The notes beneath the pieces were generated by a model, which did no database searches, was not told where the DNA came from, and was given only the letters and a program-made list of their open reading frames with translations. Shown piece by piece: positions 63,655-64,000 of a stretch of 64,000 nt of DNA (positions are counted from its first letter, which is position 1; each line of letters starts with the position of its first letter). The stretch is taken from positions 20,483-84,482 of the forward strand of contig QENB01000008.1 of NCBI GenBank assembly GCA_003331065.1, read 5' to 3'. A program made the translations under genes and the position numbers. This DNA comes from Candidatus Tokpelaia sp. JSC188. Lineage in GTDB: Bacteria > Pseudomonadota > Alphaproteobacteria > Rhizobiales > Rhizobiaceae.

Positions 63655-64000
63655 TTGGATAAGGCATTTGTTATTTTATTGTTGGCACTTCTGATTGATC
63701 GTATATTTGGTGATCCGCACTGGCTTTGGGGATATATTCCTCATCCGATTGTGTTTTTCGGGCAAATGATAAGCTGGTTTGACACTTTTTCTAATCGCAG
63801 TGATTTTAGCCTAAAACGACGCTATTTGTATGGCTGGCTAGTTATCGCTGCCTTACTAGGCAGTGCTGTAGGCATAGGTTGGTTGCTTACAAAAATATAC
63901 TGCTCATGCTGGCCAATAGTGAATCTTTTTCTAGAAGCAGTAACTGTTTCCTTTTTTTTAACGCAAAAAAGCCTTACCGATCACGTTATGACTGTTTGCA
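63655..64000 (+). CDS. cobD: Adenosylcobinamide-phosphate synthase CobD/CbiB, N-terminal part (continues past the right edge)
   Basis: Own translation from TTG 63655 gives MDKAFVILLLALLIDRIFGDPHWLWGYIPHPIVFFGQMISWFD..., the typical CbiB N-terminus (D..GDP....PHP). It is absent from the ORF track because there is no stop in the window. Confidence 0.8.
   Translation, partial: MDKAFVILLLALLIDRIFGDPHWLWGYIPHPIVFFGQMISWFDTFSNRSDFSLKRRYLYGWLVIAALLGSAVGIGWLLTKIYCSCWPIVNLFLEAVTVSFFLTQKSLTDHVMTVC

Noticed and set aside
1-64000. Looked for CRISPR arrays, IS elements, transposases, integrases, prophage genes, toxin-antitoxin pairs and known defence-system genes
   Set aside because: No repeat-spacer periodicity, terminal inverted repeats or characteristic protein motifs were found in any ORF of the track. 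The window is core-genome in character.

Overview
The window reads as a chromosomal core segment of a low-GC alphaproteobacterium of the order Hyphomicrobiales (Rhizobiales), with Brucella/Bartonella-like gene order. That assignment is inferred from synteny and protein motifs, not from a search. Almost everything is housekeeping. In order: ispD(F), rirA, ntrYX, trkA, clpP-clpX-lon-hupB, a DD-carboxypeptidase, and rpsB-tsf-pyrH-frr-uppS-cdsA-rseP-bamA-lpxD-fabZ-lpxA-lpxI-lpxB. These are followed by gltA, gltX, hemB, an L,D-transpeptidase, ctaA, argC, glyA, ribD-ribE-ribH-nusB, bamE, yceD-plsX-fabH-ihfA, tRNA-Val, cpdR and hisN. The last 13.6 kb is a cobalamin (cob) biosynthesis cluster that runs off the right edge. 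I found no rRNA, CRISPR array, transposase, integrase, phage genes or recognisable defence or toxin modules, and I cannot support a claim that the window holds a novel multi-gene system. The notable signal is reductive evolution aimed at regulators. ntrY is broken by at least 4 frameshifts while ntrX stays intact. trkA and nrdR are eroded remnants, and a MerR-family gene carries a single frameshift. The expected dusB-ntrBC and hfq-hflX blocks are absent from their syntenic positions, and a DXD glycosyltransferase sits at the hfq-hflX position. There are several 0.4-0.7 kb AT-rich non-coding spacers. Against this background, twelve cob genes (one truncated by the window edge) have no disrupted reading frames, with no B12 riboswitch that I can recognise. 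All homology calls come from reading the translations and from memory of the families. None has been verified by a database search.
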